Positions 29,934 to 38,039 of a DNA stretch of 64,000 nt are shown here, one piece after another (within the stretch, counting starts at the first letter, position 1; every line of letters starts with the position of its first letter). The stretch is from assembly GCA_003567725.1 (NCBI GenBank), contig PWYU01000052.1, forward strand, positions 3,095 to 67,094. Direction: 5' to 3'. The position numbers were made by a program, and so were the translations under genes. The notes under the pieces are model-generated. The model did not search any database. It was given only the letters and a program-made list of their open reading frames with translations, and was not told the origin of the DNA. The stretch is from Syntrophomonadaceae bacterium (GTDB taxonomy: Bacteria; Bacillota; Dethiobacteria; DTU022).

Positions 29934-29959
29934 CAGGTTGCTAATAAATATGTTCACCT

Positions 29960-31300
29960 TCAGGACTGCTCTTTGCTAATAATATCAGCCAGTTCATTGG
30001 CATACTCTTTAAGTTTATCTTCATCAAGAGAAGCTTCTACCATAACTCTGATTTTTGTTTCGGTGCCGGAAGGCCGAACCAGGATCCGTCCCCGTTTTCC
30101 CAGCTCTTGTTCAATTTTTTTTATGGCATCTGTTATACGTTTATTCTCATGAAACCCTTTTTTGGTAGCCACCTTTTGATTGACTAAAACCTGCGGCAGC
30201 CGCTCCAGGCGAGAAGCAAGTTTGGAAAGCGGTTGGGATTGATCTTTAATTACATTTAGTAATTTAAGTGCTGTAAGGAGGCCATCGCCGGTAGTGGCAT
30301 GGTCGGAAAAAATGATATGACCGGATTGCTCACCGCCGAGGTTATAACCATCTTCGATCATTTTTTCTAAAACATAACGGTCTCCCACTTTTGTGCGTAT
30401 TACTTTCAGGCCGTGCTTTTCAGCTAAAATATCTAATCCACCATTACTCATAACTGTAGCCACCAGGGTGTTTTGCTTGAGGCCGTTTTTTTGAGCCATA
30501 TCAATGGCACAGATAATCATAACAGCATCGCCATCAACAATATGACCTTTTTCATCAACAGCTATAAGGCGATCGGCATCGCCATCGAAAGCCAGCCCCA
30601 GGGACGCACCGGTATTAAGTACTTCTTGCTGCAGGTCGGCGGTATCGGTAGCACCGCAGGCAACATTTATCCTGCTGCCATCAGGTTCGTTATGAATCGT
30701 TATAACTTCAGCCCCAAGCTGCTGCAACAATTCCCCGGCCACTCTGCTGGCAGCGCCATGCGCGCAATCAATTACCAGTTTCAAGCCTTCAAGGGAAGCA
30801 GAATTTGTTTTCAAATGATCAAAATATTCTTGAACGGCCTGGCCATCATAAAATGCCTGACCGAGTGCGAACCCTTCCGGACGGGGCAAATTATCATTTT
30901 TCTGCCAGTAATATTTTTCAATTTCAACTTCCTGGGAGTCTGGCAACTTAAAACCGCTATTAGAAAATATTTTCAAGCCATTATCTTCAATTGGATTATG
31001 GGAAGCCGAGATCATTATCCCAGCTGATGCCTCTAAAGATTTAGTAAGATAAGCTACTGCCGGGGTGGAAATAACGCCGAGCTGGCGCACTTCACCTCCA
31101 ACAGAATTAATACCCGCAGTAAGGGCGCCTTCAAGCATAGTCCCTGATAAGCGGGTATCCCGGCCAATAACAAATAATTGATTTTCATTATTTTGGCCCA
31201 GCATCCAGGCCGTAATTCTACCAATTCTATAAGCGAGTTCAGGGGTTAAATCCCGATTGGCCACCCCTCTAATACCATCTGTTCCAAATAGTTTTTCCAA
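29960..31300 (-). CDS. glmM: phosphoglucosamine mutase
   Basis: 446 aa. FGTDGIRG plus the active-site SASHNP motif. TTG start after CAGGAGGG. Confidence 0.93.
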   Translation of the reverse strand: MEKLFGTDGIRGVANRDLTPELAYRIGRITAWMLGQNNENQLFVIGRDTRLSGTMLEGALTAGINSVGGEVRQLGVISTPAVAYLTKSLEASAGIMISASHNPIEDNGLKIFSNSGFKLPDSQEVEIEKYYWQKNDNLPRPEGFALGQAFYDGQAVQEYFDHLKTNSASLEGLKLVIDCAHGAASRVAGELLQQLGAEVITIHNEPDGSRINVACGATDTADLQQEVLNTGASLGLAFDGDADRLIAVDEKGHIVDGDAVMIICAIDMAQKNGLKQNTLVATVMSNGGLDILAEKHGLKVIRTKVGDRYVLEKMIEDGYNLGGEQSGHIIFSDHATTGDGLLTALKLLNVIKDQSQPLSKLASRLERLPQVLVNQKVATKKGFHENKRITDAIKKIEQELGKRGRILVRPSGTETKIRVMVEASLDEDKLKEYANELADIISKEQS

Positions 31301-31339
31301 TAGCAGCCCTCCTGTGCAGGTTCAATATAAATTCTCAAA

Positions 31340-31456
31340 GTAACTACTCAGCCTATTGCCCTTGTTGAATGATAGGCGGCACCATGGGGACGGTTCGAGC
31401 GTCCCGAAGCGCAGCGCAGGCCGCAGTGAAGACAATGGAACCGTCCCCGCGGCTTT
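31340..31456 (+). repeat. MITE-like repeat, copy 7 (long variant B, distal end degraded)
   Basis: GTAACTACTCAGCCTATTGCCCTTGTTGAATGATAGGCGGCACCATGGGGACGGTTCGAGCGTCCCGAAGCGCAGCGCAGGCCGCAGTGAAGACAATGGAACCGTCCCCGCGGCTT. Confidence 0.75.
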
Positions 31457-31505
31457 GAAATCCAACCTTTCATGGCACCGGCCTGTAGGGGTTAAGATTA
31501 CAAGT

Positions 31506-32246
31506 TTAAGCTTCCTCTTCTTCCTCTTCTTGCCCGTTTTCAGCTTCTTCCTCTTCATCAGGTTCTTCTTCCGGCTCAGGTTCTTCAATCCGTTCGAATT
31601 CTACCCTGATGATAACGGATTCAGGATCAATTAAAACATTGGCCATCGGTGTTTCTGCATCATCGTAAGCGGTTGGTTGCAGTTCAATTCTCTCCACATA
31701 TTTCATCCCGTTAAGATCGATGATAACCATAGCCCGCTCTATCTGCTCAAATATTGATTCAGGCGCGCCGATGAGCACCTCTTCGGGTTCAACTGTATAG
31801 TCAACGAGCTGCCATCCTTCAGCCGGTTCGCCAACAATTTCTATTTCCACCGAGAAATTGTCTGAAAGGTATTCCTCAATAACGACCCTGACCTGCTCCG
31901 GTTCAAAAGAGACTACGCTTAACCCGCGCGGAGAGCGACCCTGTACCCTGACCAGATGACTGCCGGATTCTTTACCGGAAAGATCGACGAATGCATCAAG
32001 ATCCTGAATTGTAAGATCCTCAAAGCTCTCAGGCAGTCCTTCCAGAATCAAATCAACTGAAGAAGGCATATCTGTAATTATATAGTCCGGGTCTAAGTTT
32101 TCTGCCCGCAGTGGGACATCCTGCCAGGGTTGGCGGGCAGGAGTAGTCCGGGTTATTTTATCTCCCGCTACAAAAAGCCACAGGATAATAGCTATAAAGA
32201 TGGCTATCAGACGGGCAAAATTATTACTGCGCAAGAACTTATCCAT
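31506..32246 (-). CDS. cdaR: YbbR-domain protein, CdaA regulator (CdaR-like) with poly-Glu tail
   Basis: 246 aa with an N-terminal TM anchor and YbbR-like repeats. Conserved position between cdaA and glmM. The C-terminal ~35 aa are E/P/D-rich. Confidence 0.75.
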   Translation of the reverse strand: MDKFLRSNNFARLIAIFIAIILWLFVAGDKITRTTPARQPWQDVPLRAENLDPDYIITDMPSSVDLILEGLPESFEDLTIQDLDAFVDLSGKESGSHLVRVQGRSPRGLSVVSFEPEQVRVVIEEYLSDNFSVEIEIVGEPAEGWQLVDYTVEPEEVLIGAPESIFEQIERAMVIIDLNGMKYVERIELQPTAYDDAETPMANVLIDPESVIIRVEFERIEEPEPEEEPDEEEEAENGQEEEEEEA

Positions 32247-32248
32247 GA

Positions 32249-33082
32249 TTATTTATTACTCCTCCATGACCACAGGCTGAAGCTGTCGCCGCGCTCAGGC
32301 TTACACAAATCGGTCAATATTTTACGTAATTTTTTCTCATCTAAATAGCGAGTCAAGACACCATCATGAGCGACCGATATAATACCCGTTTCTTCTGAAA
32401 CAATGATAGCTACCGCATCAGAATTTTCAGTGATTCCTATACCTGCCCGGTGCCTGGTCCCCAATTCTTTACTTAAACCGGGATCTTCAGTTAAGGGCAG
32501 GTAACAACCGGCAGCAACGATCTGATCACCACGGATGATCACTGCACCATCATGGAGAGGGCTGCGCGGGAAAAAAATGTTAACCAGTAATTCTGCGGTT
32601 ACCAGCCCATTAACAGCAATTCCGGTTTCAACCCAATCTTTGAGGCCAGTTGAGCGCTCCATTACAATTAAAGCGCCGATCCGCCTTTTGACCAGGACCG
32701 GAATAGCTTTAGTCAGTTCATCAAGCATGCTTTCAAAATCCTGCGTGCTCCAGCTCCAATATGTGCTTTTAAATATTTTGCCCCGGCCAAGTTGTTCTAA
32801 AGCTCGCCGCAGTTCTGGTTGGAATACAATCGGTATGGCAATTAAACCAACTGTCATAGTCTGGCGAAGGGTCCAGTTGAGGGTATCAAGTCCGGTTTGG
32901 TCGCTAATGATCATGGCCAGAAGAAGAACTATTAAACCTTTGACCAGCTGTTCAGCCCGGGTGCCGCGAATGATCAGGATAATCCGGTAAAACAAATAAG
33001 CCATGATAATGATATCAATTATATCACGCCACTCTAAATTAAGCTGAAGAATTGCTGCTAAGATCCGATCTAAAATAGCCAC
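32249..33082 (-). CDS. cdaA: diadenylate cyclase (c-di-AMP synthase)
   Basis: 277 aa with three N-terminal TM helices. The DAC domain carries the DGA (PLHDGAVII) and RHRA (GTRHRAG) motifs. GTG start. Confidence 0.92.
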   Translation of the reverse strand: MAILDRILAAILQLNLEWRDIIDIIIMAYLFYRIILIIRGTRAEQLVKGLIVLLLAMIISDQTGLDTLNWTLRQTMTVGLIAIPIVFQPELRRALEQLGRGKIFKSTYWSWSTQDFESMLDELTKAIPVLVKRRIGALIVMERSTGLKDWVETGIAVNGLVTAELLVNIFFPRSPLHDGAVIIRGDQIVAAGCYLPLTEDPGLSKELGTRHRAGIGITENSDAVAIIVSEETGIISVAHDGVLTRYLDEKKLRKILTDLCKPERGDSFSLWSWRSNK

Positions 33083-33530
33083 TTTTTGTTAATCCCTCTT
33101 TAAATCTTCCTGGTGGGTTGTTGAAGTTATGTCACCTTATATTTTATTCTATAACTCTCATAAAAATACCTGCAGTTAGACAAAAAGTTATGTGCTATAT
33201 ATTTTAACATCATCTTATTGCTTTTGACCAACTTTTTTATGCTTCTTATCAGCTATTACCGGGTTGTTGATTTAATTGCCTGCTTTGCCTGATCTTCTAA
33301 CCACACCCGAGCGTTTGGGAGGCAGCTTCTGTTTAGCTTTCAAAATTTCCCTTGCCTGGGGGGTAAAGCGTTTCAGTTTGGCTTTTTTCCTCAAATGATT
33401 GCTGTAGTCAGCGATCCAGAGCCGAGCGAGTAAGTCATAGTAAGAGGCAACAGCGAGTGCATAATCTGCATCAAACCCGCAAAGATCAAAAAGCAGCGGA
33501 TAAAACCTTCGGAGTTTTCGAATGCGTACT

Positions 33531-34532
33531 TTAAGATCTTATGATGTTAATATGACTGTGACAATTGTTACAGCAATTTCCTTCCAGGCCGGAGATCTTA
33601 ATACGGTAACCGCTGCGATTTATGAGTAAATTACCACAGTGCGGGCAATGAGTATCAGCAGCACCAGGCAAGTCTATATTGCCTAAAAAAACATAATGTA
33701 AATACTGACGTGCTATATCTCTAGCTTTTTCCATTACAGAAACCGGAGTAGGAGGTTTATCAAGCTTATACTGCGGAAAATATCGAGAATAATGCAACAC
33801 CAGATCTGGGCTTAAGCTGCCAAGCCACCGGGCCATGTTTTCCTGTTCACCCGGATCATCATTAACGGTTGGAATAAGTAAACATGTAACTTCAACATGG
33901 CATTCCTTTACAGCTTGCTCTACTGTTTCAATAACCGGGCTCCTTGAACCCCGGCAGTACTCTTTATAAAAATCATCATTGAATGCTTTTACGTCTATAT
34001 TCATGGCATCGATATAAGGAAGGATCTCTTCCAGCGGTTCGCGGTTTATATAACCATTGGTAACTAAAACATTTTTATAACCATTTTTATGCAGCAAGCG
34101 GGACGTATCGTATACAAATTCATACCAAATAAAAGGCTCATTATAAGTATAAGCTACCCCGGGTATATTTTCCGGGCCGCCTTCATTTTCCAGCATCTTG
34201 AGGACATCTTCAGGGTTGATAACCTGGGCTGCTTGTTCCGGATTTCCCCTCGCCAGGGTCCAGTTCTGACAGAAGGAGCACAAAAGGTTACACCCAAAAG
34301 TCCCCAGTGACAATATTGTTTTACCGGGATAAAAGTGATAGAGAGGTTTTTTTTCGATAGGATCCCGGTTTACTGCTGCCAGGCAGCCATAATTAGTGGA
34401 AAACAAATCACCATCCAGTACCTGGCGTACTCCGCAGGTACCAATCTGCCCCTCGCTTAAACGGCAATTGCGAGGGCAAAGCAAACAATCAATTGAATCC
34501 TTTTTTTTCTGGTAATATTTTGCTTTATGCAT
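33531..34532 (-). CDS. AmmeMemoRadiSam-system radical SAM enzyme (AmrS-like)
   Basis: 333 aa with the CNLLCSFCQNW radical-SAM CxxxCxxC motif. It also has the N-terminal Cys motif CLLCPRNCRLSEGQIGTCGVR and a C-terminal CPHCG...CCNNCH. Adjacent to the AMMECR1 gene. Confidence 0.8.
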   Translation of the reverse strand: MHKAKYYQKKKDSIDCLLCPRNCRLSEGQIGTCGVRQVLDGDLFSTNYGCLAAVNRDPIEKKPLYHFYPGKTILSLGTFGCNLLCSFCQNWTLARGNPEQAAQVINPEDVLKMLENEGGPENIPGVAYTYNEPFIWYEFVYDTSRLLHKNGYKNVLVTNGYINREPLEEILPYIDAMNIDVKAFNDDFYKEYCRGSRSPVIETVEQAVKECHVEVTCLLIPTVNDDPGEQENMARWLGSLSPDLVLHYSRYFPQYKLDKPPTPVSVMEKARDIARQYLHYVFLGNIDLPGAADTHCPHCGNLLINRSGYRIKISGLEGNCCNNCHSHINIIRS

Positions 34533-34574
34533 TCTAAACCGCTCCTTAAATCATTCCTGCAGCTGCTATATTAT

Positions 34575-35111
34575 TTAATTTCGTTGTTCCGGGTAACGGG
34601 TTACTTTAAAGCGATACAGTTCGGCTTTTTCATGTTGTGCTATTCCGGCTTTCCGAAAAGCAATATCAAGCTGTTGTTCAACTGTGTCTACACCCTCTAA
34701 ATCTGGCAACAACAGCCCGGAACGAGATCCTTTGTGGACCATAATCCCGTATTGCCGGGGATCCAGATCTTCTTTGCTTTCTACTTTTTCAACAGGGCCC
34801 AGAATATCTACCGATAAATCCAAATCAGGCAGTTCGGTTTTACTCACGGGCGGAAACCGAGGGTCCCTGACTGCAGCACTGACCGCATTAACTGCTATTT
34901 CTTCGGCCAGATTATCGCGAGCCGGTTCAAAAGTCCCTATACAACCACGCAACTCCCCTGCTTTTTTTAGAGAAACAAACACTCCGGCCCTGGTCTCATA
35001 TTCAGGCGGCAGGGGATCGGGCAGTTCAGGCATTCTCCCATTAGTAAGGTAATAATTCAAAACTTTGCGGGCCAGCTCAGCAGGGTGAAGTTTTAAATGA
35101 TGATCAGTCAA
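34575..35111 (-). CDS. AMMECR1 domain protein (AmrA-like)
   Basis: 178 aa. GVFVSLKKAGELRGCIGTFEP and RDPRFPPV are hallmark AMMECR1 motifs. TTG start 1 nt after the upstream stop. Confidence 0.85.
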   Translation of the reverse strand: MTDHHLKLHPAELARKVLNYYLTNGRMPELPDPLPPEYETRAGVFVSLKKAGELRGCIGTFEPARDNLAEEIAVNAVSAAVRDPRFPPVSKTELPDLDLSVDILGPVEKVESKEDLDPRQYGIMVHKGSRSGLLLPDLEGVDTVEQQLDIAFRKAGIAQHEKAELYRFKVTRYPEQRN

Positions 35112-35114
35112 AAG

Positions 35115-35963
35115 CTATACCCCCTTTCCCGGGATTTTAATAATTTTGTCCTGAGGATATAAAGCTGAAACCAGGTAGCCAACCCCAAAAGGCCCTTCAT
35201 ATGATATTATCTCGGGGTTGAAGCCAGATTGAGCAAGCATGCCCAGAGCAACAATAATTGGCCGCAGACCACACTCTCCGGCTTCTTCTACCAGGTGCTG
35301 ATCCATATTAAGCAAATCATCAACCTTTTTTTGTTTAATCAAGCTTACTAATTGTTGATCAAACTCTTTACCTTTCGGGCTATAACCGGCAGGAGCCCCA
35401 GGCTTCAGGCGATGCGACAAATCTCCACTGGCAATAACAGCTGTGGGGACTCCTCTCTTATCAATGGCTTTTTTCACATCCTGCCCAAACTGGTAGAGAT
35501 CATGGTATGAATCGAGGCTGATTGTAATATGCAGACCCGGCAGGTCCAGACCGGCTTCCTGCAAGTAGTAAAGAGGAACCATAGCCCCGTGATCAAGGGT
35601 TTTACCGCTATCATTTTTTTGGTTCTGTTTTCCTAACAAAACCGGTTTAACAGGTGAAGACGATGCTTCTTCTACCAGGAGATCGATCAGCTCCCGATCT
35701 GTTTTCATCTCAACAGTGGTATCCGGAAAACCAAACTGGCCAAAATTTCCGGTCAATTGGTCTGCGGCCATAATAGCAGGGCCATTGCTAACCACCTGAC
35801 CGTGTGGCGTGATAACAACTATCAGTTCAGGTTGGACATTTTTAACCCTTTTACTCAATTCTTTCATACCATGTACGGTATTTCGGGCTTCATCAAGCCT
35901 GCCGCGGCCAATTTCAGGAATAATAATCGGAGGATGCGGCGCTATTCCTACGATTGAAAGCAT
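35115..35963 (-). CDS. class III extradiol dioxygenase (LigB/Memo-like) family protein associated with AMMECR1
   Basis: MLSIVGIAPHPPIIIPE..., ITPHG, LDHGAMVPL and SGDLSHRL His-containing motifs of the LigB fold. ATG 35963 is preferred; the track's GTG is at 35972. Confidence 0.7.
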   Translation of the reverse strand: MLSIVGIAPHPPIIIPEIGRGRLDEARNTVHGMKELSKRVKNVQPELIVVITPHGQVVSNGPAIMAADQLTGNFGQFGFPDTTVEMKTDRELIDLLVEEASSSPVKPVLLGKQNQKNDSGKTLDHGAMVPLYYLQEAGLDLPGLHITISLDSYHDLYQFGQDVKKAIDKRGVPTAVIASGDLSHRLKPGAPAGYSPKGKEFDQQLVSLIKQKKVDDLLNMDQHLVEEAGECGLRPIIVALGMLAQSGFNPEIISYEGPFGVGYLVSALYPQDKIIKIPGKGV

Positions 35964-36128
35964 TTTATCCACCTGCCTTTAGTCCGGGATTTTTTCATAT
36001 TATCAGTCAAAAATTTCTTAGCAGAAGTTTTAATTTTGGATCAAGTTTATCTCCTGTTTGCTAGTGCAGCGAATTCCTCAGTTCAAGTATACCAAATCCT
36101 TTTGCAGCGAACAATTGCTTAAAACAGG

Positions 36129-36269
36129 ATAACTACACAGCCTATTGTTCTTGTTTAATGATAAACGGCGCCATGGGGACGGTTCGAGCGTCCCGAAGCG
36201 CAGCGTAGGCCGAAGGGAAGACGATGGAACCGCCCCCTGTGGCTTAGCGGGCCAGGCCTGAGTAGTTAC
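36129..36269 (+). mobile_element. MITE-like repeat, copy 8 (long variant B, complete)
   Basis: ATAACTACACAGCC...GGCCTGAGTAGTTAC. Flanking 8-mers are AAAACAGG (36121-36128) and AAAACAAG (36270-36277), a 7/8 match. It overlaps the last 8 codons and the stop of the mnhF-like ORF. Confidence 0.8.
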
Positions 36270-36546
36270 AAAACAAGATATGAAGCAGTTTCAACACCCC
36301 GGTGGTGGCTATAAAAGCCCCCAGCACAAATACCAGGGCTACATCGATATAAAGGGCGATGTCGTGCCGGGGAGAGCTGACCAGTGTGAACAGGATCACC
36401 TGTCCCGCAATAAAATTTATGGCCACCAGGCGGTCCGCTGCTGTTGGGTCGGCAAAGGCCCTGATCATGGCCAGGATGATTGTGAAATCAAGGGCGGGTA
36501 TTGAAATCACCTTCTTCCGGTTCAAGCTGTTCCTCTTTTTGCTCAA
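36244..36546 (-). CDS. MnhF/MrpF-like cation:proton antiporter subunit, 3' end remodelled by repeat insertion
   Basis: ILAMIRAFADPTAADRLVAINFIAGQVILF...YIDVALVFVLGAFIATTGV resembles the MrpF/PhaF family. The C-terminal CNYSGLAR and the stop are encoded by repeat copy 8. Confidence 0.55.
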   Translation of the reverse strand: MSKKRNSLNRKKVISIPALDFTIILAMIRAFADPTAADRLVAINFIAGQVILFTLVSSPRHDIALYIDVALVFVLGAFIATTGVLKLLHILFCNYSGLAR

Positions 36547-36564
36547 GGAGCAGGTAAAATATTG

Positions 36565-36923
36565 TTAACAAAGAACTTCCCACCAGCAAATCATGGCCAG
36601 GCTCATTACCGAGATCAGTCCGATGCCGAAAAGCTCATCCGGTGAAGTGGGAGCGGTAGTATGGGGCATGAAGAACTTGATTCCCTCAATGGTTCCCCAA
36701 CCCCGATAATGAAAAGGGCATAGTGGAGCGGCAGGCGTTTTGTTCCCGTTTCCAGGCCGAATATCAAAGCATAAAGGACCAGGCCCAGGCCGAGCACTAT
36801 TCCTCCTGCAAAGCCTCCTCCGGGTGAGATATGGCCGTGCAGGATGACATAGAAGGTATATACCTGGATAAATAGAAGGACATAGCGAAAAACCACACGC
36901 ATTAAAAAATCGTTCTGCATCAA
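36565..36923 (-). pseudogene. MnhB/MrpB-domain gene with apparent frameshift
   Basis: N-terminal frame (36923 down): ...LHGHISPGGGFAGGIVLGLG, the MnhB signature. The plausible C-terminus (GTIEGIKFF...LFGIGLISVMSLAMI) continues in the -1 frame, which ends at 36565. The switch is at the CCCCAACCCC run, 36695-36704. Confidence 0.5.
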
Positions 36924-37070
36924 GCATTCTCCTGTTTTAACCAGGCTCTGTTAATTATTTCACAAGCCACTATTATGTTCTTTCGACACTTGTAAATGTT
37001 CTCCTGCGCCCGGAATTATATTGCAATATTGTGACTAATTTGTCTATGCAGTTCTAATAATCCTCCAGGC

Positions 37071-37099
37071 TTGACAGATTTATGTAAATACCATAATCT
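37071..37099 (+). promoter_or_regulatory. candidate sigma-A promoter for the MarR-family gene
   Basis: TTGACA (37071-37076), a 17-nt spacer, then TAATCT (37094-37099). Confidence 0.4.
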
Positions 37100-37183
37100 A
37101 TGAATATATTGGCGCTACTTTTATAAAAACAGTTAGACATATTTTTAAGATATCCTGTAGGTTTAATATTTAGGAGCACAAAA

Positions 37184-37681
37184 ATGGTTGAAGAATACAG
37201 AAACGTAGAAAAATTCACCTCTGCTATTCAGGCGATATTTCCCAAGCTGATGCATTACCTGAATGCTGAAGAAAACCGTGAATTAACAGGGCTGGGCATC
37301 ACCCCCAGCCAGATCAATGCCCTCTTGGTGCTTTATTTTCATGAGAATCTAACCATGGGTGAACTTAGCTCCGAGATTTATCTGGCTGAAAGCGCAGCAA
37401 CCCGACTTGTCAACCGCCTCGTCAATCTCAATTTGGTCAAACGCCAGGGAGACGAAAAAGATCGGCGTATAGTACGGGTCACTCTTACTTCTTACGGCCG
37501 CCAGCTGTCACGCCTTGTTTTTGAAAGGCGTTCTTATCGTTTCAACAACCTGGCTCAAAACCTTAAGCCGGCAGATCGACAGGGCCTGATAGTCTCCCTG
37601 CAGGCGGTGATGCGGGTTTTTGAAGGAAGAGAAGACAAGGTACTACCCAATGAGCATGAAGTTGATCCTCTTAGCAGGTAA
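37184..37681 (+). CDS. MarR family transcriptional regulator
   Basis: 165 aa with a winged-HTH region: LTPSQINALLVLYFHENLTMGELSSEIYLAESAATRLVNRLVNLNLVKRQGDEKDRR. Confidence 0.85.
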   Translation: MVEEYRNVEKFTSAIQAIFPKLMHYLNAEENRELTGLGITPSQINALLVLYFHENLTMGELSSEIYLAESAATRLVNRLVNLNLVKRQGDEKDRRIVRVTLTSYGRQLSRLVFERRSYRFNNLAQNLKPADRQGLIVSLQAVMRVFEGREDKVLPNEHEVDPLSR

Positions 37682-37839
37682 TTACCGGAATTTATGCTTT
37701 TAAAAAACCTTTCTTCAAGGATCTCTTTTAATAAATCGCCTGCCGCTGGACACTGGTTTCTTTTCCTCAAGAACAAAACCCCCAATTAAGGAGGCAGAGG
37801 TTCCTCAAGGATCGTGATATTCCCGTACTTTAATCATTA

Positions 37840-37848
37840 TGCTATAAT
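37840..37848 (+). promoter_or_regulatory. extended -10 promoter element (TGCTATAAT) upstream of the Moco leader
   Basis: TGnTATAAT lies about 20 nt upstream of the conserved riboswitch core. No good -35 element. Confidence 0.45.
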
Positions 37849-37865
37849 GGAAATGAAAGCAACAT

Positions 37866-37968
37866 AACAACTCCGAGCCTTTTCACCTTCAGTTGGCTAA
37901 AACTATGGTGCAAGGCCTGGGTCGGGGGAGAAATCCCCCTGCCTCCCGTATTTGGAAAGGAGACTATG
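37866..37968 (+). promoter_or_regulatory. molybdenum cofactor (Moco) riboswitch candidate
   Basis: It contains the blocks I recall as Moco-motif signatures in order: AACTCCGAGCC ... GGCCTGGG ... GCCTCCC ... TTGGAAAGGAG. It sits directly upstream of the moeA-moaA operon and is followed by a terminator. Confidence 0.7.
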
Positions 37969-37974
37969 CCCAAA

Positions 37975-38018
37975 AAGGCCGCGTTTTCTTCTAGGAGGCG
38001 CGGCTTTATTTATGTTTT
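37975..38018 (+). terminator. leader terminator (expression platform of the Moco riboswitch)
   Basis: AAGGCCGCG-N15-CGCGGCTTT stem followed by ATTTATGTTTT. Located 20 nt before the moeA RBS. Confidence 0.6.
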
Positions 38019-38039
38019 GCCTGCAAATGAGGTGCTTAA

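Noticed and set aside
29714-29959. Expected glmS ribozyme in the glmS 5' leader
   Set aside because: Reading the minus strand, I could not find the conserved ribozyme core. Most of the spacer is repeat copy 6, and the remainder is too short. This is reported as an absence to be verified with a covariance model, not as a feature.
31322-31634. ORFs 31322..31588 (-) and 31356..31634 (+), with K/R- or F/L-rich translations
   Set aside because: They are alternative-frame and antisense readings of repeat copy 7 and of the GAA/GAG-rich region encoding the poly-Glu tail of the CdaR-like protein.
36244-36546. Alternative reading: the mnhF-like ORF starts at the internal GTG (…KKVIS…) rather than at ATG 36546
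   Set aside because: I cannot decide this from the sequence. The lysine/arginine-rich N-terminus is plausible as a cytoplasmic tail, and the GTG has no better RBS. I kept the track coordinates and lowered the confidence.
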